From NCBI GenBank assembly GCA_965220365.1, contig OZ244823.1, forward strand, positions 2,725,125 to 2,789,124: 64,000 bases of DNA. Direction: 5' to 3'. Positions 29,459 through 40,174 of this stretch are shown in pieces. Below the pieces are notes generated by a model. The model searched no databases and was not told where the DNA came from. It saw only the letters and a list, made by a program, of their open reading frames with translations. The DNA is from Rhodothermales bacterium. GTDB lineage: Bacteria > Bacteroidota > Rhodothermia > Rhodothermales > Bin80. The position numbers were made by a program, and so were the translations under genes. Position 1 is the stretch's first letter, and the number at the start of each line of letters is the position of its first letter.

Positions 29459-30052
29459 ATGCAAATCCATACTGATTTTATACTTGCCTCCCAGTCTCCA
29501 CGAAGACGAAAGCTTCTTCGGCAGATAGGAATCTCCTTTATTCATATCTCCCCCAACGTGGACGAAACCGTCACGGAAAATCTCACGCCCGAAGAACTGG
29601 TCGAACATCTGGCACTCAAAAAGGCTGCTTCGGTTGCAAAAAGAAAGCCCAATGCATTGATTCTTGGTGCTGACACCCTTGTGGTTTCTCGTGGATTGAT
29701 TCTCGGAAAACCACAAGGGGCTTTCGAGGCTGCAGACATGCTTCGTCAATTGAGCGGTTCCAAACACATAGTGCATACTGGAATGGCGTTAGTTCATAAT
29801 CAATCTAAGCGAATTGTGTCTATTGTGGAATCTACTGAGGTCACTTTTGGTCGGCTGACTGAAACAGAGATCTCCAATTATGTCAAAACTGGTGCGCCTC
29901 TTGATAAAGCCGGTGCCTATGGCATTCAAGATGATCTGGGAGCTTTATTTATTGAACAGATTCATGGAGACTACTATAATGTGGTCGGCCTGCCACTTCG
30001 AAGATTGTACACATTGCTCAGAAAACATTTCAGCGACCTAATCACGTTTTGA
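29459..30052 (+). CDS. maf: Maf-like nucleoside triphosphate pyrophosphatase
   Basis: FILASQSPRRRKLLRQIGI... and GAYGIQD motifs. Confidence 0.85.
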   Translation: MQIHTDFILASQSPRRRKLLRQIGISFIHISPNVDETVTENLTPEELVEHLALKKAASVAKRKPNALILGADTLVVSRGLILGKPQGAFEAADMLRQLSGSKHIVHTGMALVHNQSKRIVSIVESTEVTFGRLTETEISNYVKTGAPLDKAGAYGIQDDLGALFIEQIHGDYYNVVGLPLRRLYTLLRKHFSDLITF

Positions 30053-30410
30053 CTTTTTCGCTTCGATATACCACCTCGGAAAAGTCAACGATCCCCCCTA
30101 CTGGAGGATTCCGTTTACGGACACAAACGTCAACATACTCAATCTGGGTGGACAGTTCAGTAATCTGGTTGGCGATTAGATAGGCAATCCGTTCAATCAA
30201 TTCAATTTTTTCATCTTGCATTACACGTTCTGCGATACGATAAATCGTTTCGTAGCACAAAGTCCCATCAAGGTCATCCTCTTGCGCAGCTACTTCAAAA
30301 TCAAACTTCACTTCTACGTCTACCTCGTACCTCCCCCCCGTCTGCCGCTCTTCAGGGGTTACCCCGTGGTGGGCAAAAAAAACTGCATTGACAAGCCTAA
30401 TTTTATGCAT
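30042..30410 (-). CDS. folB: dihydroneopterin aldolase
   Basis: 122 aa. FFAHHGVTPEERQTGGRYEVDVEV is a typical FolB core. Confidence 0.8.
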   Translation of the reverse strand: MHKIRLVNAVFFAHHGVTPEERQTGGRYEVDVEVKFDFEVAAQEDDLDGTLCYETIYRIAERVMQDEKIELIERIAYLIANQITELSTQIEYVDVCVRKRNPPVGGIVDFSEVVYRSEKVKT

Positions 30411-30577
30411 TCGGCTTCATCCCAAATAGTCCAATCGTGCTTGTGGGTGAAGAGTTCAATATACTTCTAGTCATTGCATTCGAGAATCTGATTCTACATT
30501 ATTGCATGATTCCCGAAACCATGTTGTCGCTTCTGGAAGCATGTTCACGAATAACAAGGTCAGAGCAGTCACATGCA

Positions 30578-31504
30578 TTAAACACGCCCATGTAGAACGG
30601 GCCATTCTGTTATCCCCCGAAACAATTTAGACCGCTCCTGAATGGCAGCATTTGTCAGGTTCGCCAATTCATAGGGCCCCATGGTTTCCACGCAGAACGA
30701 GGCTACTGTGGAGCCATAAACAACTGCCCGCTTGAGCGCATCCAGCCCAATAAATGACTCGTTTGCCAGGCTGCCGCCAAACGCTCCCAAAAATGCATCT
30801 CCTGCACCTGTCGGATCCCGAACTTCTTTCAGGGGAAAACTTGGTACAATGAAAACTTGCTCCTCAATAAACAGAATTGCTCCATGCTCACCTTTTTTGA
30901 TGATCAGTATTTTAGGACCCAATGCTAAAACCTGACGACCAGCGGCATACAGATTGTCTTCGCCGGTCATCTGGCGAGCTTCCTCATCGTTGATCAACAG
31001 ACAATCTATCCGTAAAAGAACATCATTCAGCTCTTCCCGCGTGTTGCGAATCCAGTAATTCATTGTATCACACGCCACGAATCCTTTGCCACTCATTTGA
31101 TTTAAAGTATCACTTTGGATTTTAGGAGTTAAATTCCCAAGGCACAGAACGTTACTGTCTACATAAGCATCCGGGACTCGTGGATTAAATTCGGCCAAAG
31201 CATTCAGATGAGTAAACGTAGTGTCTCTGATATTCATATTCGCCCTGTAGCGCCCTCCCCAGGCAAATGTGTCCTGATCCTCCAGGGTTTGCAAACCCGT
31301 CAGATCCAAATTACTTGATTGCAGTAGCTGTCTATATTCCTCAGGGAAGTCTCCGCCAACCACAGCAACGATTCCCACAGGATTAGCCAATGGCCTGGCC
31401 GCAAACGCAATATAGGTGCTACTACCACCAAGGATACGTTCAGCCTTTTCCCAAGGGGTTTCAATATCGTCCAAGGCTAACGTCCCTACCACAAGTATAC
31501 TCAT
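30578..31504 (-). CDS. PfkB-family carbohydrate kinase
   Basis: 308 aa. C-terminal DPTGAGDAFLGAF is the PfkB signature. Confidence 0.75.
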   Translation of the reverse strand: MSILVVGTLALDDIETPWEKAERILGGSSTYIAFAARPLANPVGIVAVVGGDFPEEYRQLLQSSNLDLTGLQTLEDQDTFAWGGRYRANMNIRDTTFTHLNALAEFNPRVPDAYVDSNVLCLGNLTPKIQSDTLNQMSGKGFVACDTMNYWIRNTREELNDVLLRIDCLLINDEEARQMTGEDNLYAAGRQVLALGPKILIIKKGEHGAILFIEEQVFIVPSFPLKEVRDPTGAGDAFLGAFGGSLANESFIGLDALKRAVVYGSTVASFCVETMGPYELANLTNAAIQERSKLFRGITEWPVLHGRV

Positions 31505-31647
31505 CCAGAAAAAATCAATCTATTTGAAGATGCGACGATCTACAAATCGCATTCAGAAATAAAATTAGAAGGTTGAACTAAGATAGATTCGAAAGCTTTG
31601 GCTAAATTACGGCATTCAAGGCTAATGCAAATCATCTCGCTTTTGTT

Positions 31648-32709
31648 GTGAACAGTAAATCAGTCCTCAGAGAAGTCACGGTAGTCATACGCGAGACCCT
31701 TTTGCAGAATGATCAATTGACGATTTCTGGTTTGGGGACTCTGAAAGTTGAATCTGTTGCCAGTGAGCATAAGCGGGTAAATGAGCAGAAATTCATCCTT
31801 CATCCCCCAAGAAAGCGGGTAGTGCTTGAAGGAGATCCTTCTCTGACCACAGATGAATCGCTAATTTCTGAATTAGCGTCAAATCTGGGAGCATCCCATG
31901 AAGAGGCTGCTGCGGTCATTGACCTTCTGGTCAGGGAGATCCTGCCCCAGATGCCGGTCCATATCCCTGAAATAGGCATCCTCAAACAATCTGACGGGAA
32001 ACTTGAATTCTCATCTGATCCTGAACTGGAAGCATTCCTTGCGGGGACTCACGCAAACCTAGATTCCCTGGAGATTAGGAAAGAGATGCCACCCCAACCC
32101 GTCAAGCACCGCCGGAAATTCAACTGGAGAATCGCAGTCCCCATCATTGTAGTCGGCGCTGTGATCGGCGGCTACTTTGTGATCCAAAATAATTTTCCGC
32201 CCTCTCAGCAAGCCTTGAATGAGGCAGAATTCCCTGCCATCCTACCCGTCGCTCCCGATTCGATCTCCGCTGACTCGGCAGCCAATATCGCTTCGATTGA
32301 ACGTTTAGATGCCGTTGATCAATCTGCTATAGATGCATTCCGTGTTCGACCGGAACCGAACCCAGAACAACCCTCGATCACTCTGGATGACGCTACAGAT
32401 CCGCCCACAGTTGAAACTCCGTCTCCTGCGGCAGACCCCGAAACTCCATTGCTGGACCGGGAAACGGGGGGATACACCCTCATTATTGGCTCATTCGACA
32501 CCCCGGAGCAGGCATCCATCCTAATTGATGAATATCGTGACCTCTATCCCACGATTCCCATCGGTACGCTTAGGAACCACGATAATACACTCTATCGCGT
32601 GGCAATCGGCCAAGTCCCCACAATTTCTGAAGCATTGGCCCTAAAGGATCGCCTGACTGATCTTCCGGCACAGGCATGGGTACTTAACATCTTGAACACC
32701 GACCTTTAA
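31648..32709 (+). CDS. HU-like N-terminal domain / SPOR C-terminal domain protein
   Basis: 353 aa with a GTG start. A central TM follows a basic stretch (RRKFNWRIAVPIIVVGAVIGGYFVI). The C-terminus GYTLIIGSFDTPEQASILIDEY...YRVAIGQVPTISEALALKDRL looks like a SPOR domain. Confidence 0.6.
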   Translation: MNSKSVLREVTVVIRETLLQNDQLTISGLGTLKVESVASEHKRVNEQKFILHPPRKRVVLEGDPSLTTDESLISELASNLGASHEEAAAVIDLLVREILPQMPVHIPEIGILKQSDGKLEFSSDPELEAFLAGTHANLDSLEIRKEMPPQPVKHRRKFNWRIAVPIIVVGAVIGGYFVIQNNFPPSQQALNEAEFPAILPVAPDSISADSAANIASIERLDAVDQSAIDAFRVRPEPNPEQPSITLDDATDPPTVETPSPAADPETPLLDRETGGYTLIIGSFDTPEQASILIDEYRDLYPTIPIGTLRNHDNTLYRVAIGQVPTISEALALKDRLTDLPAQAWVLNILNTDL

Positions 32710-32721
32710 TCCCCTACATTT

Positions 32722-33498
32722 ATGGTGGCGGCGGTAGATTATTTTGACCGAGCTATTGAGCGGTTACACCGCCTTCGAGAAACGCAGTTGGAAGAACTTG
32801 AGCGTGCTGCAGAATTGTGCTCAGAACGGATTGTAAAAGGCGGTCTTATCTTTTGCTTTGGATCGGGACATTCACGCATGATGTGCGAAGAAATGACGCC
32901 TCGGCAAGGTGGGTTTGTTGGTTTTTATGCACTCGTGGAGCAGGCACTTTCAAACCACTCTGCAATCATCGGACCTAATGGATTGCGTGGGCCACTTCAC
33001 CTCGAAAAGGTCAGCGGGTACGCTGAAGAGATTTTGCGAAGTTTTCGATTTGGCCCTGATGATGCATTCATTATTATCTCGACCAGTGGGGTCCGGCCAC
33101 TTATCGTGGAAATGGCCCTCGGAGTAAAAAAGCGAGGACTGCCTGTGATTGGAGTTGTCTCGACAGAGCACTCTAAAGCGACGAGTGCATCGCATTCGTC
33201 AGGTAAGAAACTGATTGATATCGCTGACGTAGTTCTTGATAATCAATGTCCACCTGGTGACTGCATTAGTGAGCTTGATGGACTCAAATGGCGCACCGGC
33301 CCTGTCTCGACGGTTACGGGGGGGATGTTGATGAATATGTTACGGGTTGCGGTCGCAGAAAAGTTGTTGCAGCGCGGACATACACCAGTCCTTCTACCCA
33401 GCCATCAATTTATTGGGGATACTACGGCGGAAGAACAACTTGAACAGTTCTACGAAGCCTATAGAAAAAGCCTTGCCCACCTGTTTGTAGATGAATGA
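32722..33498 (+). CDS. SIS-domain protein (UPF0309-like)
   Basis: 258 aa. Motifs: CFGSGHSRMMCEEM and ISTSGVRP. Confidence 0.65.
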   Translation: MVAAVDYFDRAIERLHRLRETQLEELERAAELCSERIVKGGLIFCFGSGHSRMMCEEMTPRQGGFVGFYALVEQALSNHSAIIGPNGLRGPLHLEKVSGYAEEILRSFRFGPDDAFIIISTSGVRPLIVEMALGVKKRGLPVIGVVSTEHSKATSASHSSGKKLIDIADVVLDNQCPPGDCISELDGLKWRTGPVSTVTGGMLMNMLRVAVAEKLLQRGHTPVLLPSHQFIGDTTAEEQLEQFYEAYRKSLAHLFVDE

Positions 33499-34465
33499 GT
33501 ATGTAATCGGTGTTGATGTCGGTGGTACTCGTATAAAAACGGGTGCCGTTCTTTCAGATGGTACGCTTCTGGAAACGCGAATTCGATCATCTGGCTTTGC
33601 ACTGTCAGCAGAAGCACTGGAAGTTGCAATGATAGAGGAGATTTCCTGTATTCAGACTAATCTGGGAGGTGCTCCCATAGGAATAGGGCTGGGATTTCCA
33701 GGTGCGGTGGATCCTACACAAGGTGTTGTACTGCTGCCAGGCAAGCTCCGCTTGGAGGGGTATCCGATTGTACCCAATCTCTCTCGCAACTTGAACCTAC
33801 CTGTGATTGCGGAGAATGATGGCCGTCTGTCTATCATAGCTGAGGCCCACTACGGAAAAGCCCGCGGGTATCGCTGGGCAGTTTCCATCACACTGGGCAC
33901 CGGTGTTGGCTCAGGCGTTATGCTGGATGGGAAAATCCTTCGGGATCCGCATCTTCAGTTTGGGACCCAAGCAAGCCACATAGTTCAGCAATCTGGTAGC
34001 GACCGATTGTGCATTACACGCGCCCGTGGAACTGCAAATATCCTTTGCTCAGCTTTAGCACTGGGTATTATTGCCCGGGATGGTTTAGCCAGGGGGCTGC
34101 CATCCGTCTTGAATGAACGTTATTTTGATGACCCTGCAAATATAGATTTTGAGGCAGTGATCGAGGGAGTTGCACAGGATGACGCGTTGTGCATAGATGC
34201 ATTCAGCACCTGGAAAACCGAATTATCCTGGTTTCTCGTCAGCATTGTCCACATGTATGCACCAGAAATCATTATCCTGAGCGGGGGCGCGGCTCCTGCA
34301 GCCCCCTACTTCATAGACGAGATTCACACACATGTAAATAATCATACGTTCCGTTATCCCCCTGAAGAGGAGATAAAAATCGAACTGTCTGACATTGCCA
34401 TATTCAATGCCGTCTTGGGAGCAGGTGCATTAGTATGGGAGCAGGCAAATTCAGGGATGGACTAA
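33491..34465 (+). CDS. ROK-family kinase
   Basis: 324 aa. Motifs: GVDVGGTRIKTG and ENDGRLSIIAEA. It overlaps the SIS gene by 8 nt. Confidence 0.8.
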   Translation: MNEYVIGVDVGGTRIKTGAVLSDGTLLETRIRSSGFALSAEALEVAMIEEISCIQTNLGGAPIGIGLGFPGAVDPTQGVVLLPGKLRLEGYPIVPNLSRNLNLPVIAENDGRLSIIAEAHYGKARGYRWAVSITLGTGVGSGVMLDGKILRDPHLQFGTQASHIVQQSGSDRLCITRARGTANILCSALALGIIARDGLARGLPSVLNERYFDDPANIDFEAVIEGVAQDDALCIDAFSTWKTELSWFLVSIVHMYAPEIIILSGGAAPAAPYFIDEIHTHVNNHTFRYPPEEEIKIELSDIAIFNAVLGAGALVWEQANSGMD

Positions 34466-35911
34466 CGATTTTTTTACTCCTTCCTGCCACTCCAAAAGCT
34501 GTTTTGCCTTGGATTCATCTAAATTTCCCCAAGGCTCTGAGCAGTCTCTCAACTCGTAACTGAAGATCTGATCTGCAGTCACATAACGCTGCTGCTTAGA
34601 TTCTAACTGTCGCTTACGGCAATACGCATTCCAACGCTTTTTGCCAGGATCATCCAGGGATTCCGGGTAATTACGTGCCAAGTATCTGAAAATCAACGGC
34701 TCAACCCGAGGATCTTTTGACTGAATGCTACGCCAATCAAAATCAGCTCCCTCCCGTAACGCCTGATCCATCAAATTTCGATCCCGATTCGAAATAAATC
34801 CTTCATAAATGGCCTCTTCTGGATCTGTCTGACGAAACGAATAGCGGTGTTCTGACTCGGCTTTCCTGTGCCTAATATATTCGGAAAATGGGTTTTCGGA
34901 TTCTCGGGCAATAAACTCCTGGATCCTGTCATGGCGATTCTGGACCTCGGCCTCATTCAGCTGCATTCTATCCAGGATATCCTTGAGAGGTAATTCAGTG
35001 AGCTTGTCTATGTATCCCCACCTGCACACAAATGGAGATTGATTGCATTTGAATGACAAAACTGTACGCCATGCCATAGATTTGTCCTCCAAAGTCCACT
35101 GCTGATAAGGTTTCAACAAGGGGGTTGGCTCATAAAACAGATCAAAGGCAAAGTCTTCATTCTCATTCCGTCCACGAACCCCCAAATTGCTCAAAAACGT
35201 TGAGCAATTTCGCTCCGTGCGAATCTTTCCGACCACATAAAGGATCGGTTGATCGCGTTCCCTTAGTTTCTTCACATTCTCTTTCATACGCAACTGAAGC
35301 GCATAATCCCATAATTCTGGTGCGCTCTCTCGGACTAATTTTGCTATCTCCAACATATAGATAGAGTCTCTCAGAGCATCATGTGCCCTCCTCTGTTGCA
35401 GGTCTTCTTCCAGGTTTGCTTCTGCCAACTTCTCCAACTGAAACGAGGGCCGCCCATTTTCCTTTTTCGGCCAATTCTTCAGGGCATCCGGCCGAAGAAG
35501 AAATGCGGCCCGCATCAACTCCAATGTGTCCCAGCAAGTATTCCCATTTTTCCATGCCCATTCATACGGATCGCGCAAGTTGCGATAGAACAGTACTCTG
35601 GTGAATTCATGATCAAAGCTCATCCCATTGTAGGCCACGCTGCATGTGCCTTCCCGACTTAACTCAGCGTGGATGCGTTCGGCAAATTCAGACTCTGGCA
35701 CCCCACCCTCCTTTGCTTCTTCGGGCATAATTCCATGAACATTCACTGCGCCAGGGCCAATCGGACAATCCAACCCAGGCCTGCATTTCAACTCTATTGG
35801 CTTACCTAATTGCTCCAGGTCTTCGTCCGTGCGTACACCACCAAACTGTACAATACGATCACGGTGCGGGCTCTTGCCCCAGGTTTCGTAGTCATACCAG
35901 AAAAATGTCAT
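34451..35911 (-). CDS. sbcB: exodeoxyribonuclease I
   Basis: 486 aa. FFWYDYETWG...DRIVQFGGVRTD is the typical ExoI DEDDh N-terminus, with HDALRD also present. Confidence 0.85.
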   Translation of the reverse strand: MTFFWYDYETWGKSPHRDRIVQFGGVRTDEDLEQLGKPIELKCRPGLDCPIGPGAVNVHGIMPEEAKEGGVPESEFAERIHAELSREGTCSVAYNGMSFDHEFTRVLFYRNLRDPYEWAWKNGNTCWDTLELMRAAFLLRPDALKNWPKKENGRPSFQLEKLAEANLEEDLQQRRAHDALRDSIYMLEIAKLVRESAPELWDYALQLRMKENVKKLRERDQPILYVVGKIRTERNCSTFLSNLGVRGRNENEDFAFDLFYEPTPLLKPYQQWTLEDKSMAWRTVLSFKCNQSPFVCRWGYIDKLTELPLKDILDRMQLNEAEVQNRHDRIQEFIARESENPFSEYIRHRKAESEHRYSFRQTDPEEAIYEGFISNRDRNLMDQALREGADFDWRSIQSKDPRVEPLIFRYLARNYPESLDDPGKKRWNAYCRKRQLESKQQRYVTADQIFSYELRDCSEPWGNLDESKAKQLLEWQEGVKKSLVHP

Positions 35912-35977
35912 TGACTTTGTTCCTATCAGCTAAGACAACCAACCCGAATCAGCGCAGCTCTCATCCAACTCCCATGG

Positions 35978-37906
35978 TTAATCTTCATACTGCCGTAGTC
36001 CGTGTTGCAAAAAACCTTCAAACTTTTCGGAAGAAATAACCCCACTCAACTGAATCAGCGGCTGGTCTACCGCGCTCCCATCCATGATTGCATAGGTAGG
36101 GAGTGCACGAGTTCCCGTCAATTTTTCCTGAAACTCCTGAAATTGACGACCATCAGGACCATCCGTATATAGTCGACTCAGCACAAAATGATCAGCCAAT
36201 AATCGACTGACCTCTCCGCGTTCGAATACATTGACCTCCATCTCTCTGCAATTCGTACAGGTGTATCCTGAAAAATCAATAAAGAGCGGCTGATCAAGAA
36301 GTACTGCCTCAGAAAATGCCTCCGGCAAATCATCCGTAATCCATTTCTGCTCATGCTGAAGTCCAGCATCAAACAGGCTCATTGCATCAGGTCCACGTGG
36401 CGGTAAATATGCATCCAATCTTCCAAGCCGCCCACCAAAGAGCCCGGGAAGTAAATAAACTGCAAGTCCAAAGAACAATACCCCAAATAAGAGCCTCCCA
36501 GCACCGATACGCATGGCAGGGGCCTCTTCCAAGAATCGTAAGTGACCAATCAGATAAAACCCCGCAAGAAAAGCTAGTACGATCCATAATGCGATGGCTA
36601 ATGGCCGATCAATCAGGCCGAGCCCCCAGACTAGATCTGCATTGGAAAAAAACTTGACCGCTGCTGCAATCTCCAGGAAACCAAAAACAATGGCGACCTC
36701 ACGCATCCAACCTCCACTGCCAGGAAGTGCCTTGAGCGCCCGAGGAAAACACGCAAATGCCACAAACGGGAGTGCGAACGTTAGACTGAAGGTTACCATC
36801 CCCAGAATACCATAAAACCAAGCCCCCGAGGCAATACTCGGAAGTAACAATCCAACAAAGGGAACCGTGCAGGTGAAGGATACAAGCGTAAGTGCCAGAC
36901 CCATAAAGAGTATACCAATGTAATCCTGACGCTCAGATCCTTTTCGGTCAAACCAAGTTGCAATAGAAGAGGGAAGACGAAGGTTGAATACACCAAGCAA
37001 TGATAATCCAAAAACAAGAAAAGCCGTCGCAATTACAAGGTTTACCCAAGGATTTGCAGCAACAATCTGTGTGCCCGCGCTGCCCACAAGGGCAGAAAGT
37101 CCTACGCCAAGGAGCGTGAACGTCGCCACAATCGCAAGACCATACAATAAAGCCATACGTATGGGTGTGCCCTGAGCATGTCGCGTAAAGTATGAGACCG
37201 TCAATGGTATCATCGGATAGATACACGGCATCAGGAGCGCCCCAAACCCCGCTCCAATCGCCAAAAATAAAAATCCCAGCAATCCTGACGAAGCATCCGA
37301 CTCCATATCCGAAATGGGTAGATCTTCCACACGAAGTGGCTTTGATGGATTCGACAACTCAATGGATGCCGAGGAAATCACTGGTGCAGCAGGTAATGGG
37401 GTAGATACTTCCGTGAATGAGGACGAAAATAAAGTTGAGTCTGGCGGAAGACAGATCAGGTCGTTGCAGATCACAAATTCAATACTCCCCTCGACAACCC
37501 CACCAGAGAAATTCTGCTCGATCGTATAATCCGCCCAGACTACAGCACTCCCCTGAAAATAGGTGACCACTATATCAAAGTTGGGATCAAACCCAGACTG
37601 CACATTCAGTTGGCGAAGAGAATCCAATAGAACCAACCCCGTGGGCAGGGAATCAAACCGCACAGCTAACGCTCGACTAGGCTTGGGGGAATCCAACGCG
37701 TACATCCGCCATGCCCCGCCTGATGGATCATCTGGAGGTAACGTACCTTCGACGACGATGCGTGCAGACGCGTCATAATATTCCGCCCTGACACCCCATA
37801 ACGGGGTAGGCTGGGCTACCGTAACACCGATGGGAATCAGTGTCAGAACAAGCGCGATCCCGAATGAACCGGACTGCCTATGCCAGGCTACCCGCCGGAA
37901 CCACAT
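35978..37906 (-). CDS. dsbD: thiol:disulfide interchange protein DsbD-like
   Basis: The central CcdA-type membrane core has LMPCIYPMIP and SFTCTVPFVG. The C-terminal thioredoxin fold has YTCTNC. The ORF is open to 37984, but that overlaps rplI; Met at 37906 (MWFRRVAW...) precedes the signal sequence. The start is uncertain. Confidence 0.75.
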   Translation of the reverse strand: MWFRRVAWHRQSGSFGIALVLTLIPIGVTVAQPTPLWGVRAEYYDASARIVVEGTLPPDDPSGGAWRMYALDSPKPSRALAVRFDSLPTGLVLLDSLRQLNVQSGFDPNFDIVVTYFQGSAVVWADYTIEQNFSGGVVEGSIEFVICNDLICLPPDSTLFSSSFTEVSTPLPAAPVISSASIELSNPSKPLRVEDLPISDMESDASSGLLGFLFLAIGAGFGALLMPCIYPMIPLTVSYFTRHAQGTPIRMALLYGLAIVATFTLLGVGLSALVGSAGTQIVAANPWVNLVIATAFLVFGLSLLGVFNLRLPSSIATWFDRKGSERQDYIGILFMGLALTLVSFTCTVPFVGLLLPSIASGAWFYGILGMVTFSLTFALPFVAFACFPRALKALPGSGGWMREVAIVFGFLEIAAAVKFFSNADLVWGLGLIDRPLAIALWIVLAFLAGFYLIGHLRFLEEAPAMRIGAGRLLFGVLFFGLAVYLLPGLFGGRLGRLDAYLPPRGPDAMSLFDAGLQHEQKWITDDLPEAFSEAVLLDQPLFIDFSGYTCTNCREMEVNVFERGEVSRLLADHFVLSRLYTDGPDGRQFQEFQEKLTGTRALPTYAIMDGSAVDQPLIQLSGVISSEKFEGFLQHGLRQYED

Positions 37907-38333
37907 GCACACTGAGCTGCGCATGCACTTCTGCGTGCAGTTTAATCGTCGCTGTGTATTCACCAAGGACCTTGATGTCCTCATTCATGGTAATGATGCG
38001 ACGATCAATATTAAAGCCTTGCACTGCTAATCCAAGAGCCACTTGTTGTGATGTGATTGTACCAAAAATTCGGTTTTCCTCACCCACCTTAGCTTCAATG
38101 TTGACAACCGCATTCTCCAGTTGATTTTTGATTTCCTCGGCATTATTGCGCTCCTGAGCACGCCGCCTTGCTTGCTGACGCATTTGATCTTCAAATGCTC
38201 GAACCGCACCAGGAGTTGCCATCTCTGCAAGCTTCTGTGGGATGAGCCAGTTACGCCCATAACCGTTCTTAACACTTATAACCTCTCCCTCATTACCGAG
38301 GTTGGGGACATCAGTTAAGAGAATGACCTTCAT
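37878..38333 (-). CDS. rplI: 50S ribosomal protein L9
   Basis: MKVILLTDVPNLGNEGEVISVKNGYGRNWLIPQKLA. Confidence 0.9.
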   Translation of the reverse strand: MKVILLTDVPNLGNEGEVISVKNGYGRNWLIPQKLAEMATPGAVRAFEDQMRQQARRRAQERNNAEEIKNQLENAVVNIEAKVGEENRIFGTITSQQVALGLAVQGFNIDRRIITMNEDIKVLGEYTATIKLHAEVHAQLSVHVVPAGSLA

Positions 38334-38360
38334 CGCAGAATTACTTTTTGAATCTCAATT

Positions 38361-38546
38361 TTAACGTACCGAATCAGCCACATAAGGCAACAAAGCAAGA
38401 TGCCGTGCACGCTTGATCGCACGAGCAATTGCCCGCTGTTTTTTAGCGGGTATATCCAGCACCCGCCTAGGGAGCATTTTCCCTTGCTCGTTAATAAAGC
38501 GCTTCAAATAGTCGGTATCCTTGTAATCAATGTATCTTTGCGACAT
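38361..38546 (-). CDS. rpsR: 30S ribosomal protein S18 (short, 61 aa)
   Basis: [23 protein letters not shown]...[12 protein letters not shown]. It starts 2 nt after the rpsF stop, so the N-terminal extension seen in many S18s is absent. Confidence 0.85.
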   Translation of the reverse strand: MSQRYIDYKDTDYLKRFINEQGKMLPRRVLDIPAKKQRAIARAIKRARHLALLPYVADSVR

Positions 38547-38548
38547 CT

Positions 38549-38920
38549 TTACTGCTCCTCGCTTTCTGCCTTAGCTGCAGTTTCTTTGCTTGACTTATTT
38601 GCCTGATAGTGGGCAACCATGCTCTTATCCATTGCCAGAATTAATGACCGCAACACATTATCGTCAATGGTTAGCGCCCGCTCAATACGCGGGATTAACG
38701 TACCTAGCCCCTCAAAGTACAGGTTAACATAGTAGCCGTTTCTTTTTTTGTCCACCGGGTACGCGAGTTTTCGTGTTCCCCATTCGTCAACTTCAATGAT
38801 GGTGCCACCGGCACCCTCAATCATTTCATTTACTCGTGCTACAACCTCTGCGGTTTGCTCATTCGAGAGCACAGAGGTGAGGATGTACGTAAGCTCGTAC
38901 ATCTTGCGATTCATGGCCAT
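38549..38920 (-). CDS. rpsF: 30S ribosomal protein S6
   Basis: [10 protein letters not shown]...[10 protein letters not shown]. The start may be one of the first Met codons. Confidence 0.9.
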   Translation of the reverse strand: MAMNRKMYELTYILTSVLSNEQTAEVVARVNEMIEGAGGTIIEVDEWGTRKLAYPVDKKRNGYYVNLYFEGLGTLIPRIERALTIDDNVLRSLILAMDKSMVAHYQANKSSKETAAKAESEEQ

Positions 38921-39029
38921 AACTTATCCCTACGGAATGACTTGGTTGTAGATTGTCATACCTCCGTGTCTCGCGGAGGCAGGGCAAGAAAGAGCGATTG
39001 TACACTCCATGAATACTTGTGTTCCATTC

Positions 39030-40106
39030 CTACACGTTTGCCATCCGGTCTGCATGATCCGCGGTTTTTAGCGCATTCACGAGTTCATCTAGTTCACCTT
39101 CGATAATCTTGCGCAAGGGATAATTCTTATGCTCCCCTTCTAGACGATGATCTGTTACACGATCCTGAGGGTAATTGTAGGTTCGGATTTTCACGGAACG
39201 ATCTCCTGATCCAACTGCCTCTCTTCGTACTGCATCACGCTCTGCATTAATCTCGCTCTGTTTCTTTTCATACAGACGCGAGCGAAGCACTCGCAGTGCC
39301 TTGTCCTTGTTTTTGTGTTGGCTCTTTTCATCTTGGCACGTAACGACGAGGCCTGTGGGGATATGGGTGATCCGGACTGCTGAATCCGTCGTGTTTACAC
39401 TCTGCCCTCCTGGCCCACTGGACCGGTACACATCAATCTTGAGTTCGTTCGGGGCAATCTCAATCTCAACATCTGTAGCTTCCGGCAAAACCGCGACACT
39501 TGCGGCAGAGGTATGCAGCCTTCCACTGGACTCTGTTTGTGGAACCCTTTGAACACGATGAACCCCATTTTCATATCTCAGATTACCAAACACACTACGC
39601 CCGGCAACACCGAATACGACCTCTTTGAATCCCCCAACACTTCCTGCAGAGCTATTCATCACGGTAAGCTTCCATCCTTTTCGTGTGACGTAGCGTTCAT
39701 AAAGACGAAACAGATCGGCGACAAACAACGCAGCTTCGCTGCCACCTGTACCTGCACGGATTTCTATAATCGCGTCCCGGGCATCGGCCGGATCCTTGGG
39801 TGCAAGTGCCTGCTTAAGAACGTCTTCCATCTGTGGCAATCTTGCTGTTAATGCTTCCAACTCTTCCCGTGCCAGTGCCACCAATTCCGCATCTTTCTCT
39901 GCACGAATCAATGCCTGCATTTCTTCCGATTCCGTGAGCGCAGCTTCATATCGTTCGATTGCATTCACGACTTCGGACAACTCCCGATGCTCCGGTCCCA
40001 AGGCCGCCATACGATTGGAATCTGCAGCTGTTGCCGGATCTGCAATGATCTCGTTCAGCACACGAAACCGCTCTTTCACTTCCTGCAATTTTTCCAAATC
40101 AATCAT
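39030..40106 (-). CDS. prfA: peptide chain release factor 1
   Basis: GGQ motif (SGPGGQSVNTTDSAVRITHIPTG) and an RF1-type tripeptide region RVQRVPQTESSGRLHTS. Confidence 0.9.
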   Translation of the reverse strand: MIDLEKLQEVKERFRVLNEIIADPATAADSNRMAALGPEHRELSEVVNAIERYEAALTESEEMQALIRAEKDAELVALAREELEALTARLPQMEDVLKQALAPKDPADARDAIIEIRAGTGGSEAALFVADLFRLYERYVTRKGWKLTVMNSSAGSVGGFKEVVFGVAGRSVFGNLRYENGVHRVQRVPQTESSGRLHTSAASVAVLPEATDVEIEIAPNELKIDVYRSSGPGGQSVNTTDSAVRITHIPTGLVVTCQDEKSQHKNKDKALRVLRSRLYEKKQSEINAERDAVRREAVGSGDRSVKIRTYNYPQDRVTDHRLEGEHKNYPLRKIIEGELDELVNALKTADHADRMANV

Positions 40107-40174
40107 TCCATCTGTGGCGATATTCCCGTATACGTACCGGCTACCTGCACAAACTGGCAGAGCATCAGGGACAG

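Noticed and set aside
29354-29776. The 140-aa minus ORF overlapping maf.
   Set aside because: It is antisense to a well-supported maf gene, and its composition is not protein-like.
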